From: Neovahlkampfia damariscottae
Lineage: Eukaryota
DNA length: 64,000 nt
Assembly (NCBI GenBank): GCA_016618085.1
Contig: JABLTG010000045.1
Span: 1-64,000 of the forward strand
Reading direction: 5' to 3'
Each line of letters begins with the position of its first letter. Position 1 is the stretch's first letter. Below are positions 50,183-64,000 of the stretch, in pieces. The notes beneath the pieces were generated by a model. It saw nothing but the letters and a program-made list of their open reading frames with translations, was not told where the DNA came from and searched no databases. Position numbers and translations under genes: made by a program.

Positions 50183-51158
50183 ATGTCGTCTTTAAAGAAA
50201 ATAATCAAAAGAAGTTACACTAAACAAGTTAGACCAATTCCTCTTTTTTATAAAAAAGTTGAATCTGTTAAAGAAGTAAAATATCCTCCTTTAGTTATTG
50301 TAAGTTTTTAAAAAAAATTAAAAAACAAGATTCATGGGTTAATGGGTAACTTTAGAAATTTTTCTACTTTTTATACAAACAAAATTGTGAAAGAAAATCG
50401 TAATATATTTGAATTGAATTTAAAAATAAGGTGATATTTATGCTATTGATGTTAGAAATCATGGTTCAAGTCCATGGGATCCAAGAATGGATTATGAAGC
50501 GATGAAAGAAGATTTAAAGTAATTTTTGAATATTATTTACAATAAAAGAGTATTTTTAAGTGAAAGAAATTTAGAAGAAATTGATTTACTGGGTTTTTCA
50601 ATGGGCGGAAAATTAGCTATGAATTTTGCTTTAGATGATGAGAATTCAAACAAAATAAGAAAGTTAATTATAGGAGATGTAGCTCCTGTTCATTATGAAT
50701 TGAATGAATCAACAATTCCAAAGACCATTTACGCTTTAGATAAATTAGTAACGAAAAAAAAAAAAGCAATTAATTCTGTTTAGAATTTGAATGAGTTGAA
50801 AACAAGACAAGCAATAGATCAGGAATTATCGAAAGATATCACTTCAAAAGATGAAAGAGCATTTTTATTGACTAATTTAGTCTTCAAAGATGATAAAGTC
50901 GGTTGGAGAGTGAATTTAAGAACAATTATTGATAACTTAAAGACTTTAATGAGTTTTCCATCTGATTTTCATCAATTTGAAAAACCTACTCTTTTTTTGA
51001 AAGGAACAAGAAGTCCTTTGGTTGCGGAAAAATTTTATCCTGAAATTGAAAAGAAATTTTCAAATTATAAAATAGTAGAGTTTGAAACTGGACATTGGTT
51101 ACATGCAGAACAACCTCAAAAATTCTTGAATGAAGTCACTCAATTCATAAACCAATAA
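50183..51158 (+). CDS. ABHD11: Alpha/beta hydrolase, ABHD11-like (mitochondrial)
   Basis: PPLVIIHGLMG, DVRNHG.SP, GFSMGGK, GHWLHAEQP; four introns. Confidence 0.88.
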
Positions 51159-51221
51159 ATTTTCAAATTCAGAATTGATCCTTTCACCAATAAAAACGTG
51201 GTTCTTAACAAAACACTATAA

Positions 51222-52454
51222 ATGGGAAAGAAAGAAATGAATACAAAGAGTTTAGCTGTTCCATTTGGTATTCAAAACCCATCAAAAACAATACCTGATT
51301 CTCTGCCACCTGATGAAATTTATGAAAATTGTCTTTCTGAAAAATATCAACATCAACTGAAAAAATACATTTTTAGTGAAGAACAATACATTAAATTTTA
51401 TGAAAAATATGATAAAGAATATAAAACAGCATTCAAAAGAGCAATGAGAATTATGTAAGAATGAAAAATGTGTTAACTCAATAGGATTCAAATTGGAACA
51501 ATTGAAGCATGTTTGAGAGGAAAATACTATCTACCAAATGGAGAAAATGTTCATTTAAATTTGAAAAACATGTTAAAAAGTGTAAAATCAACAAAAATGT
51601 ATAATTACAAGACGACCAAATTCAAGTCTCATTCTGGAAGTCATAAGACTAAAATAATGGTTATAGAAGGAGATTGCCTTGAATCCGGAATCTGGTTGAA
51701 AGAAAAGAAAAAATTAAATCCAATTGTATTGATAATGGCATCAAGTAATCATCCAGGAGTATCAAAAAATGCAATCAAATTTTGACTATTTTTCAAAGGG
51801 TGGTTATCTCAAAGGTGCAGGAGCTCAAGAAGAAAATTTATTCAGAAGAACGAATTTATTTCAGTGTACGGAAGATCCATATCAATTATTTCAAAAAAAA
51901 TCATGGGATTATCCACTACCAGAGTATGGAGGTCTTTACATTCAAAATGCCACAGCATTTCGACACAGTGAAAAAAAAGGATATAAATTCATGAAAACAC
52001 CACAAGAAATATCATTTGTTGCTTCTTATTCATATAAATTACCGCCAATTGAAATCTCAAAAGATAATGAAGAAAGAATTTCATCTTCAATCATTCCATC
52101 TTTCTTGAAGAAAATGGAATCAATTTTTGAAATTGCTTTGGAGAATGGACATGATTCAATAGTACTTTCAGCATTTGGGGTAAGTCTAAAAATAATTAAA
52201 AACATCAGTGTGGTGCTTATTGTTGCCCACCAAAACACATTGCTGAATTATTCAAACAGTAAGTGTCTGAAATTATTCAATTTTCACTATTTTTTAAAAG
52301 AACAATCAAGAAATATGATGGTTGTTTTGACACAATTTTATTTTCAATTTTTGATGATTCAAATTCAGGTAAAGATCATAATCCAGAAGGAAATGTTTTG
52401 CCATTTTCAAAAGTATTCAAATGTGACATTATTAAAGAAAATGATTTATTTTGA
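51222..52454 (+). CDS. Microbial-type poly(ADP-ribose) glycohydrolase (TIGR02452/DUF2263)
   Basis: MAS..HPG/GGYLKGAGAQEENLFRRT, IVLSAFG/CGAY; four introns. Confidence 0.88.
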
Positions 52455-53883
52455 ACTTGAAATACTTTTCCTTTTATTTATTGAAATACTTTTTCTTTTA
52501 TTGTGCATTAATTTATTTCCAATTTCAATTCCAACATCAATTGAAACTGATCTTCTTTTTGATCGTTTTTCTTCCATTGTCAATTTTCGATCATCATCAT
52601 CCAATGTTTCATTCATTATATTCTTTTCAAATTGAAAGTTCACTGTTTCATGGATATTAGCAATTTTTGATCCTGCTACTTCTAATTGATTCATCCAATT
52701 CGTTACATCATTGTAATCAGATCCTTGAAGGTAAAAAATTCTTGATTTTGTAAAAATTTTAAAACAATCTTCCAACTCTTTTTCTTTATTTTCGCATCTT
52801 TGAACAATTGATGATTGTAAATCAATAAAACCTTTTTGAGTTTCGTTTTTATAATATTTCATGATGCCATTACCATACAAAATGAAAAATCTTGTTTGAA
52901 ATATACCAGTTGATGGTGATTCTTTGTTCAAATTTCCTTCTTTTAGAATTCCTTTTTTTATTAGAATTTTATTTTTGGCGCCAAACCTGATTTTTTATCT
53001 TTCTTTAAAATAGCTCCTCCTTTTGATACTAATAAATCAATCCATTCTCCAACTTCTTCATTATCTGATTTTGGAAAATACAAACAATAAGTTCTCCAAA
53101 TCAATTCAATGAATATTTTTTTATCTTCTCTCCAAACATAACTATTTTCAACAGAAAGAAAACCTTTGATATTTGGATTTGAATCATCTAAAAAATATCT
53201 TAATTCTTTGTTGTCATTTAAAATGAAGTATCTTTCATTCCAAGAAGTTTGATGATTATCTTTCAATAAATTCCCCTGTTTTATAATACGATACCCACCA
53301 CTGAATTTTAAATGATTTTCTTTTGTTGTTAATTTATTGGATAAATGATTTCCAATAGCAATTAGATTTAAAATTCCATTCGACGAAGCAGTCTCTTTTT
53401 TTGTACAAAATGATTTTATCTTTTCTTTCTCTGTCAAGTGTTTCAAAGGATCTGGACTCATAGCTTTTGACCATTTTTTAAATTCTTCAACACTTTTGAA
53501 TTCAAACCATATCTCTTTTCCTTTTTCGTTTTTTTGTAAATATTAAGCAGTTTTTACCTTCAGATTTTATATTTATAACTGAATTTTTTGGATCAGTTGT
53601 TATCATTGAATATTCAAGTATTATATTTTCTTTCACATGAGATTCAAATGTTACATCTTCAAAAATGAAAATTTCGAATTTTCTTAAAAGAACAAATTTT
53701 TCAGTTAGTTTTTCTTTGGAAAAAAATTCTGAAATGTTTTCTGAGTTTTTGAAAGCTATTCCTAATTCTCTCAGAGATCCTAAAAAGAATAAATTTGTTT
53801 TATGAAATACGTGTAGTGTTTTCAGTTGTTTCAATTCCTACTTTGACAATAGAACTACAGATAACATCATTCATTCCAGACAT
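52446..53883 (-). CDS. Multi-PH-domain protein
   Basis: IKQGNL.K..WNERYFIL..W and KEGNL.K..RFFIL..W; probably a third, N-terminal PH domain. Confidence 0.82.
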
Positions 53884-54040
53884 GTTTGAAAAGTAATCGG
53901 AAAATCAACCAATGAAAAAAAAAAGGTAAAAAAAAAATTTAACAAAAAACAAATGCTCGAGTTTTTGGTAATTTGGAGAAAATAAAAACATCTTTTTAGT
54001 CAAAATTATATTCAGATTTTTTCAAAATTTTTTTATTATT

Positions 54041-54457
54041 TTAAACGATTGAACCAGCGTTTGAAGCAATTCTTGGCCATAAATCTGCACATTCTTTTGC
54101 GATTGGTCCTGAAACAGCTGAACCTTTCATTTCACCTTTTGGATTAACAATAACACCAGCATTATCTTCGAAATAGATAAATCTACCATCTTTTCTTCTC
54201 CATGCTTTTTTTTGACGAATTACAACAGCTGTTAAAACTTTTTTTCTGAGTTCAGGTTTTCCTTTTTTGACTGAAGCCATAATCATGTCACCTACACCAG
54301 CAGCAGGAAGTCTATTCAAACGACCTTGAATATTTTTAACTGCGATAATGTAAAGGTTTTTAGCTCCTGTATTATCTGCACAATTTAATACTGCACTCAT
54401 TGGTAAACCAAGTGTTACTCTAAATTTACCTCCAGCTGAACCTCCTCTTTGTGACAT
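54041..54457 (-). CDS. RPL23: 60S ribosomal protein L23 (uL14)
   Basis: [31 protein letters not shown]. Confidence 0.98.
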   Translation of the reverse strand: MSQRGGSAGGKFRVTLGLPMSAVLNCADNTGAKNLYIIAVKNIQGRLNRLPAAGVGDMIMASVKKGKPELRKKVLTAVVIRQKKAWRRKDGRFIYFEDNAGVIVNPKGEMKGSAVSGPIAKECADLWPRIASNAGSIV

Positions 54458-54676
54458 TTATTCTTTGTGTTTGTTTCTTGAGAAAATGGAACCGACCAAT
54501 GAATTGCAAACAAAAAGATTTTTATACTTGCACCAATCATGAAACAAAAAAGTTCAACCAAAATCGAAATTGGAAAGAAGGAAAAGAATGAGTAAAAAAT
54601 GAAAACCAATATATCCACAACAATATTTAATGGTATAAATTCATATGAAAATTAAAAAATTATTTTTAAATTTTCT

Positions 54677-55291
54677 TTAATTCAATCTTGTTTGATCATC
54701 CAAACATGTTCTTGCCAGTTTTTCGGAATCTTCAAAATTTAATTCTTTTTTATAATTATTTTTCCAACATATATTAAAAATTTCATTTGAATGACCAGAA
54801 TTCTTCAGCATACAACTCACTAATCTCCTTTGTTGTTCATTACAAAGTTGTGTTAATTTTTTATCTTTTGACCTGCAAAATAATAAGAATTAAAAAATAA
54901 AAAAACGAAACCATGATTTTCTATGACATGAATTTAACAAATAATCTGATGAATAACATGATTTCCTTTGAAATACGAGTGTGTTTGGGTTTTTCAAATC
55001 TACATCCTCGTCTACCCAAATTTTCTTGAAATTTTGTTTTATTTTTTCTTTTAAATTTTTATATTCTTTGTAATCTAAATATTTTGGTTCTTCTGTTCCT
55101 TCTCCAAAGTCTGTTTGGATTGATAAATTTAAAGCAAAATTGAATGCGCAAGTTAAGAATGGGTTTGATTCTGATTCACATTCTTCATATGAACCCTTTT
55201 TTTGTACGCAATTCATCAAGTAAATTTTTTCATGAAGACAGCTTCTTTCTATTTGTTTGCCAATTTCTTCAGGTTTATTATTATTGGTCAT
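54677..55291 (-). CDS. Double twin-CX9C protein (mitochondrial intermembrane-space type)
   Basis: Four CX9C motifs, the last after an intron at ~54873-54911. Confidence 0.7.
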
Positions 55292-55306
55292 TAATTTTCC
55301 GATCCA

Positions 55307-55884
55307 ATGAACGGTGAGACTAAAAACAACGACAAAAGTTTCGTTGGATATGAAGGTTTAATTAAAGCTCAAAAACAAACATTAATAAAATTTGAAAAAT
55401 GGGCAGAAGAAAGAAACTGGAAAGAATTTGGACCAAAAAATCAGTAAAAACTTTCAACTAAAACAAAACAGCTTTGATTGGTAAATAGACCAACAAAAAA
55501 TTAAATAATAGGTGGATGTTTCCAATAAAAGAAGATTCGGGATATGGTTTTAAATATTCAATTTTTGAAGATGACGTTAAAGAGTTAAAGAAAACTGAGT
55601 TTTTAAAAAATTATTTGTCTGGTGTGAAATTGATAACCATGTCTTGGGGTTGGGATATTGAAAAATCAAAAATGATTGAAAATCGAGATAAATCACAAAA
55701 ATATAATAATTATGATATTCGTTTGAGAAAAATAGGTCAATCTTTGAAATTATTTGAACAAAATGATTATTTCAATTCATTGGATAAATTTGTAAAATAT
55801 TTAGATTCTCAAAATGTTCAATTTACAACAGCAACGATGAAAAGATATTCATTCCTTTCTGTTTGGCCATTTTCCACAAAATAA
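55307..55884 (+). CDS. Hypothetical protein with HFDWWMFP motif (OGFr-N/DUF1810-like)
   Basis: Exons 55307-55443, 55472-55480 and 55512-55884 splice into ..NHFDWWMFPI..RLRKIGQSL..F. Confidence 0.65.
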
Positions 55885-55944
55885 ACAATTTTCCTCAAGA
55901 AGGGAATATTAATCCAATCATTTCACAACAATTTGAAATTTTAT

Positions 55945-57775
55945 TTAAATTCTCAAAACTTCAACTTTTGGATTTAATTTTCCTGATTGTATTTTAATTT
56001 TTGAATAACTACCATAATCATGACCACTAATTCTCTTTGGATTAATTACTATTACACCATTAACTTCTTTGATGAACTGTTGTAAATCTGATGGTAATAT
56101 TAAAATTGAAGGTAATTCTTTGTTTTCAAAAGTCAATTTTTCAATGAAATCAAAATCTATTGGTGCATTTGGTGTTGTTGAAAATGATGGAATAAAAGAA
56201 TTTTGTAAAAATAAATGTTGAATCAAACGATCCATTCTTGAGTCACTTAAACCAATTTGATTTGATTTTGTAATTGTAGATTCAATTAAATGACCTCCTA
56301 AATGTTTCAAAATATCAAATGAACAAACACCAATAGAAACTTCATTTGCTTCAAAAACAGAAGGATTTGAATAACTTTGAATCTGAAGAAATTACAGGTT
56401 AGATATTGAATATTATATCCTTACATTCTTTTCCTTTTTGATTTCTAAAGATGGTTGTGGAAGTACATAGTGATGTTCAATATCATCCAAAGATGGAATC
56501 ATAACAATTTGAATGGAATTTGAAATTTGTAAAACTTTTTCATGAACAAAATTGTAAATATCATCATATGATTGATCAATTTTATCACTTGATATTACTT
56601 CATTCTTTGAAGAAACAAAAGGACCAATCTAAAGAATTTTCATGTTAAAAAAGTTGATCTTTACCAAAATGACTAAATTAGGTTTTTCTTTTTCAATTTG
56701 AGTGATCAATTCAAGTAAAGGATCATAATTTAAATCTTGATGATGTGTAAAAGGACCAGTAGCAACAAAAATTTCAATTGATGTTTTGATTGTTGGAGTT
56801 TTGACTGATTTTGATTTTCCAATGAATAATTCAGTAACATGAATAGTACTTCCATTACTATTACCTTTAACAGCAATCATCTAAGAATTTCATTTTAGAA
56901 AAAACAAATTTTATACTTGTCCAGGGAAGAGAGAAAAAGTTGAAGTTTTTTCAAGATCTAATTTGACAACTGTTGGATTTGAATCTTGACCCATTCCTTC
57001 AAACATAACACTCTAAAACATAATTGATTAATATATTAAAAGAATTTACATTTTTGTTTAATCTATCAACTCCTGTAACACTTTCACATAAAATTCGACC
57101 AAAAAAAAAAGAATCTGCACTGACTGAATCAATTGGAGTATAATCACCTAATTTAAAATCTTGTGAAAGTTTCTTTCCAAATTTTGTAAAATAATCAAAA
57201 AGTTCTTGATTGTTTAGTTTTAATTTTTTTTTTACCTTCAGAATTTCTTGACAACTTATTGTTCATATATTTAAATTGATTGTCAATTCCTTGAGTTAAT
57301 TTGAGATTAATTTTGGTTGTTGATGGTTTGAATTTAATTGATTCATTAAATTTTACAAGGATTTCACCTGGTTTGTTTCTTTCTTTGAATTGACTATGTG
57401 AAGTTGGTGTTTGAACTGGTTCTTTTTTTAGTGATATTGCTTTCTTTTCATTGCTTAAACTTTGTTTTCAGTTTTATTTGTGGCTAACCTTTTTATATTT
57501 TCTTTGTTGTAGACTTTACGTTTTTTTGCAGATTTTTGGCCTTGACCATTGAATTTATTTTTTTTTATTAAACTTTCTTTGATTGTTTTCAAGTTATCTG
57601 AGGTAAGTTTTGAGATATCTTTTTTGTTATTGACTGAAAAGGTTTCAATATGAATTGACAATTCTTCTGGTGTGATTTCACATAAATTACATATTTCTGA
57701 ACAGATTTGTAAGAGTTCATCTCGAAGTGGAATGTTATTCTTTTTAAAAGAAGCCTTCAGTTGTGTTGTGCTCAT
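55945..57775 (-). CDS. POLA2: DNA polymerase alpha subunit B
   Basis: GRILCE, SLFPGQ, ATGPFT..L.YDPL, GPF, PQP, PSILILPSDL..F, INP; multiple introns. Confidence 0.92.
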
Positions 57776-57894
57776 TTACGCGAAAAAACAATTGATGTTT
57801 CTAATTGGTTCAAAAACACCAATAAAAATCAAACCGTTAAGACTAAATTTTTTAAAACATGAAAACTAATTTTTTATTTAAAAACTTTTTGAAT

Positions 57895-60800
57895 TTATTC
57901 GTTAGGAGATTTTTGACCACTAATACAACTTTTACCAACATTTTCAAAAAGTTTTTCAATTTCAGGAGCACATTTAATGAATTCTTTGTTCCAGAAATTG
58001 TAACGTGGGTTTTTGACAAGCTCTATAAATGTGATGAGAAGCCCCCAAGGATGAGGGCGGTTTACGATGAGTCTTTCTAATAATACCCTGGTGATTTGTT
58101 CTTGAACAATTTCAGCATCTTTTGGATGCTTAACTTCAGCAAATAAGTAAAGTAAAATGCATGAGAAATAATGTGTGTGATTATTTGGATATCTCAATTG
58201 ATTAGCAAGTGCATTTACAAGTAAATATCTACCTTCTGTATCAAAATCTCTTATTAAAATTGAAAAGATATCCATTGCTGAACTATTAAAAATGGATGCA
58301 TTTCTTTGTTGTAATTGTGAAATTCCTTTAACACCAACATATAAAACCAATGAATTAATCAATGGAACATCATATTTTGTACTTTTATCTTGTGAAAGAA
58401 GTCCATTTTTTAATTCTTGTAACCATTGTGAATTTGATCTATTTTTCAAGTAATCATCCAAACCATCTTTTAATTTTGATTTTTCAACTGCTTCTGAAAA
58501 GTTTGATGAAATATTTGGTGATTGACTAATTTCTGGAAGTCTATCAACTTTTAAGTTTGGTATAAATGGATCAGGTAATTTCATGTGTCTTGGAAATGCT
58601 GATAAAATTAAATTTCTCATTTGAACACATGAAGATGGAATTACATTACATAAACTAAAATGATATTTGCATAAAAATTCTGAAAAGTCATGTAATAAAA
58701 CCAATAAGATTTTGAGAGTTCCTCTGTATAATAAACTAACAGCATCATTTAATTCTGCTTTTGAAAGGTGTGGTTCTAAGAAAATGAATAATGATTGTAA
58801 TAATTTGTGGAATAATGCTTCGCCTTTTGTATTTTTGGAAAATAATAATTTTGGCATAAACATTCTGTGTGATACTAATTCAATCCATGAAAAACTGAAA
58901 CCAGGGAGTTGTTGTGGAGATAATTGTTGCAACATTGATCCAAATCCCAATAATAATGGAAATCTTCCATCTGATGTTTCAAATTCATTAATATCAATGA
59001 GAAGATTTGATAAAAATCTGAAATAAGGTCTTTGATTGAATTCTTCTTTTTGATGATCAGATTGAATTAATTTTGCTGAAATTGCAAGAATTTTACCAAA
59101 CAAATTGATTTTGTTCTTTGAATCAGCAAATTTAAGAATTAATGTGACAAGTTCTGAGAATGAATCAATTCTTTTGAATAAAACTTCTCTTGATTGTCTT
59201 TGTTCTGTATTATTTTTTACAATAGTCTTCGGTGTTTGTAAGAAACTTTCAATGCTGAATTCTAATAAAACTTGACACAAAATTTCAAAATCTGCGTCTG
59301 TTCTTAAAACTGATTGTTGTAATTGTTGAATAAATTTAATTCTTTTTTCTTCAGCATTTGGAAGTAAAGGTTGAATATTGCACCATTCAACAAATTGACT
59401 TTTGATCATCATTGTAATTTGGTCATCTTGTTTATTTTTGATATTTTCAACATTTGGGAATAATTTGACAATATTTGGATCAATTTTAACAAGTGATTCA
59501 ATTGTTCTTCTGATACTTGACATTGGAAGAAATCCTTGATCAATACAACAAATTTTGAAAATGGTATAAGCAAAAGGAAGTGCAATTTGATTTCCACTTT
59601 CAAGAATTAATTTTGATAAATGGGCATCAAATTCAAGAACATTGAATAAGTCTGTTCTTAACATTTCAACAACAATTTCTTTGTTGAATTTCTTTTCAGT
59701 TTCCATTGTTTCCCAAATTTGAGTGAGTTTATCAAGAACTTGTTTTGTGTGAATACTTTTAGCACATTTTAAAATTAAAAGTGAAACTTCAGCACTTAAA
59801 CGACTCTTATAATCAAATAATTGTTGAATATATTTTTGACCAACAAAGAGAGCATTTTCAACATTATTAATTAATGGTTGTAAATTTCCAATAATGATCA
59901 TCAATTTCTTTTTAAGATTATCTGAATGTAATAATGATGAAACTTGTTGAAGTTGTGCTTCTGCTTGTAATTCATCAATTGCAGCAAAAACTCTTTCAAC
60001 TTCAAATTTATCTAAGTTGGATTTTGGAGGTGAAATCAATTTTGAAAAATCTTCATAAATTTGAATATGAGTTGGATTTAATCCTTGAACAGGAATTAAT
60101 TCAATTGGAATATTGTAATTTCTAATATAGTGAGGTGCTTGCATACGATGATTTTTCTTTTTGTTTTCAATTTCTGCACTAAATGTTTCATTGATATCAA
60201 CTAACGCTCTTTCTGATGCTGTTTTTTCAACAAATCCACATGCCATATCTAAATTTTCTGTACTGATTTGATCAACAATTTTTTCAAGATCAGAATTGAG
60301 AGCATCATCTGCACCAATAATTACGTTTTGTAACAATGATAATAATCTTGATTCAATACTGAATCTTAAAGGATCTTTGCAAGTCACCATTGCCAAATTT
60401 GATGATAAATTTTTAACCATATTGTTGATCACTCTTTTCATATTGCTGTCATCACTTTCAAGTGAAAAATCTTTTGATATTAATTCAACAGTTGTTCTAC
60501 ATGCAATTGTAACTGATCTTTTAACAACAGGTGCAATAATTTCTCTAACAGCTCTATCAATAGCAACAGCAACAAGTATTTTTAGTTGTGGATGAGCTTT
60601 AAAAAGTGAAATTGTTTCATTGATAACAATCATATTCATAAGATCTGGAATCGCAAGTTGTGGTGTTGGAATTTCTTTAATTTGAATATTATGATGTTGT
60701 TGTTGTTGTGATTGATTGAATGACTTACTTTGAGATTGAATTGGTTTTTCAACAAAATCTGGACTCGGTACAAGTTTAATAACTTTATCTTTCAATTGAT

Positions 60801-63800
60801 TTTTTGTTTCAACTTCATTGATTTCTAATTTTAATTTTTTGCAAAGCATTTCAACTTCAAATTTTAAATTTAATTTTAATTTTTGAATATGATGAATTTC
60901 AACTAAAAGACTAACGATACCCATAATCCATGGATTGGGTGGTTTAATTACTTTTGAAATAGCACAACTGTTAAGAATTTTAACAATAAATGGAATAACA
61001 GCAATCATTTTTCCACTTTCATAAGCATCAAAAACTAATTCTTTTAAATCTAAATCTTTTTTTAAAATTGGTTTGCTCATTGCAATTGTTAATGATCCTA
61101 ACCAACTTCCCAAATTTTTGAGTAAAGATCTTTCTGAATCTGATGTTCCTGATGTAATTCTATCACTGCCTAATAACTTTTTGATATTTCCATAAGTTTC
61201 TTTAAAGACTAACTTTTCCAATGTTTGATTTTTTAATTGTTCCAAAAATTGTTTATAAACATGATGGAAATTTGGTTCTAAACTAACTCTGTTGACAACA
61301 ATATATGATGCTAAATATCCATAATAGTCAGGTGATAAATATTTTTGAAGTTCTGCACATTTGTCATTAATATTATTTGTTGACAAATTATTAACAATAA
61401 AATGTAATTTGTCTGCTGTCTTTTCATCTGGGACAATAACTGTATCTTGCTTTTCACTGGATTGTAATGTACTGATATCCATTGTGAAACTGAAACTATT
61501 AGAATCACCCCATTCAGATTCAAATTGATTTCCTAAATTTGATCCAGATTTCTTTTTTGTTGGAGTTTTGACATTTGCTGCATTAATGTTTCTCACATTT
61601 GATTCCAATTGCACTCCTTTTTCAAGTTGTTGTTTCTTGATATTTGCTTCAGAAGGAGCTTCTGATCCTGAGCCAAGTTTTTCAGGTGTTTTTGGCATGA
61701 AAGGGTCATTAGATGTTGAAACTTGAGAGTTATTTCCGGCCTCGATATAGTAACTGAGATCAGGAATATCATTGAAAATATGTGGTAATTTTTCTAAGTG
61801 AGCACAAAATTGAGGCCATTCTTGGAGTTTTGTTTTAAATTCATTCAATGACAATAAACCAAATTGATACATTCTTGCATTTGATGGATTTGTTAAAGCT
61901 TGAAGAACATAAATTAATCCAAACCTTAAAGTTTTTGCAACAATAAGTCCATTTTTAATGATACTACCAAATAGTTTTGCGACAATTTGAAGTTCTGTTG
62001 GTGGATATTGTTCAAAAAATCTATACTCATCAAATAAATTGTGAATCATGCAACTATACAATTGTCTATCTCTTGGTTTTTTGGAATTCTTTAAATTTGT
62101 CATGTCATAAATTGCTTTGTCAATTGAAATGACTTTGTTGAAAACATTTTCAAAGAAATTACTCGCTTCTTTTTCAATATCTTCGGGAATTTGATAATCA
62201 GGTGTTGAAATATCACTTGTGATTTTTGGATCAGCATTTTTTAAAATTCTTTGAATTTCAGCTCCTAATTCTGGATTGATGTTCTTTTTTGAAGTAGCAT
62301 ATTGTTGGAGACATTTTAAAAATGTAATTGTAACATCTTGTGATAATGAAAATTGGTCTTGTTGTCCTCTTCTTTCTGATAAAAAGATAACCATTTCTTG
62401 AACGAAAACATCTTGATGTTTTGCCATAACTGATTTAAGCCAGTGATATAAATTGATGTGGTCTCTTTTTGATGCTAAAATGGCCAAGTTGATGGCAAAT
62501 TTGAATTGTTTTGTTTCAAGTATTGCTGCAATACATTTTAAGTTTTGTCCAATGTCCAAAATTGTTGTAATAGTTTGTGGGTTTTTAAGATAAGTTTCAG
62601 CTAATAAAGCAACAAAAAGTTGTTGGTTTACTGTCATCAATTGTTCTAAAACCATATATGATGTTTTATGTGATTTGATAAATGATGGAAAAATGGACCA
62701 TAATAATTCTGTTTGAAGTGGTTGATTTTGTGTTTGTGATTGAGCAATAACAATTAACATTTGTTCTGGATTTTGTTTCATTGGAAGATCAAATATTTTT
62801 TTAACTTTTTTAACATTATCTGTATCTCCTAAATTTAAAAGTGTTTCAACTAAATCTAATGAATTCCAAGTTGGATTTGGTTTTTTTGTAAAAAAGTCAG
62901 TATTGATCTTTCTTGTGGTTAAACTAAAGTTTACAACATCTGGTGGTGCATCTACAGCCATTGAAATAATTGAAAGTTGTCCTTTTTTATTCTTCCAGAT
63001 TGGTCCAACAATACAATCAACAGGAAATGACTTTTCTTCAAGTTTTTTGTAAAAAATGTTCAACAATGCGAATCCTTTTTGGTCTTTGAGCTTAAAATCA
63101 GGATAATCCAATTGAACAATAACGTTTCTCCAAACTACATTAAAAAACTAAAAATGAATAAATAAAAAAAGAAACTTACTTTCTTTTTTAAGTAGGAAAT
63201 CATGTTTTCAAGATTCCAAGTGGTCATTTTAGAATCTTTTTTATGATGATCCATGATTGAAGAAGCAATAACATTTTTTGAGTTTGAACTTGAGTCTAGT
63301 CCTGAATGTGTTGTGATAATCATACCAATTGTTTGAGCAAGATCTGATTCTGTGATGTTATCAAACTTTGAAAAAATTTCTGTGATTATTTCTACTGAAG
63401 AAGTTGCGGTATATCCAATTTCTCTAAATACACCGCTTAAATTGCTTGGAGTGAAATTTTTTTCATAGTTTCTGTTGAAAATGAATTAAAAAAAAAAAAA
63501 AAACGTTGAGTCATCATTGAATTCTGGGAAAAGTTGAGAATTAACAACATTTGATCTGTTTTTAAAAGCTTTAACAATGTCTCCTTTTTCACTTGAAAAC
63601 TCTGAAACTGAGGAAACAAATAAAAGGAAATGATGAACCACGTTATCAGCAAGTGTAGTAGGCCCTTGTTCTAAGATTTCTGGCAGCTTTGTTTTGAGGA
63701 ATATAACACCTTGATTTAAAGTTAGAGACACATTTTTAGAACTTACCTTCTTCTTGACTTTTTTGATTCATACTTTGACTTAAACCAAGTCCAATTAAAA

Positions 63801-64000
63801 CTTGTTGAGAAAGTGGTAAGCCTAACACCTTTGAAATTTGAGAAACAAATTCTCCTTTTGCCTTGTTTATGCCTTCTAAAACTTCTATGATAAAAGAAAC
63901 AAAATTGCTGCTTGTTGATAATTGAATGAAGTTCTGAGTTAGAAGTTGAACTTTAAGGTCTTTGTTTGAAATATTTTGAAAATTAATATCTGTTAATAAT
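57895..64000 (-). CDS. CNOT1: CCR4-NOT scaffold subunit NOT1 (5' end outside window)
   Basis: NLFDEYRFF..YP, LKNLGSWLG, NQLRYPNNHTHYFS, RPHPWGLLITF. The frame continues to the window edge; the ATG at 63731 lies inside an intron. Confidence 0.97.

Noticed and set aside
63486..63731. CNOT1 start at ATG 63731
   Set aside because: That ATG lies within a GT-AG intron; coding sequence continues to the window edge.

Overview
AT-rich (roughly 25% GC by eye), extremely gene-dense nuclear DNA of a microbial eukaryote. It uses the standard code, has many tiny (about 27-45 nt) GT-AG introns and very short intergenic spacers. Mitochondrial FtsZ, PPR proteins and RGS-START proteins suggest a heterolobosean/discoban-like protist (inference only). 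About 40 host genes are recognisable, including CNOT1, POLA2, RPL23, ATG11, RTF2, XRCC2, a mucolipin, an E2 and FtsZ. The most unusual content is two segments of an endogenous Polinton-like virus or Mavirus-like virophage. Segment 1 (1-2014, perhaps to ~4470) has an rve integrase divergent from a probable pPolB N-terminus. Segment 2 (~25110-29306) has a pPolB C-terminus, an F-box/FNIP gene, a Zn-finger ORF, a basic ORF, a small membrane ORF, a fibre-like gene with an internal duplication, and a 129-bp repeat. The segments share an IG(T/A)TPVK+basic peptide and an AATATA-type upstream motif. No capsid, packaging ATPase or protease gene is visible. Also notable: a 50% GC structured-RNA candidate at 4381-4470, a CCAAT box just upstream of most host ATGs, and divergent gene pairs whose start codons are only 15-44 nt apart. 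All product calls come from motif recognition by eye; no searches were run.
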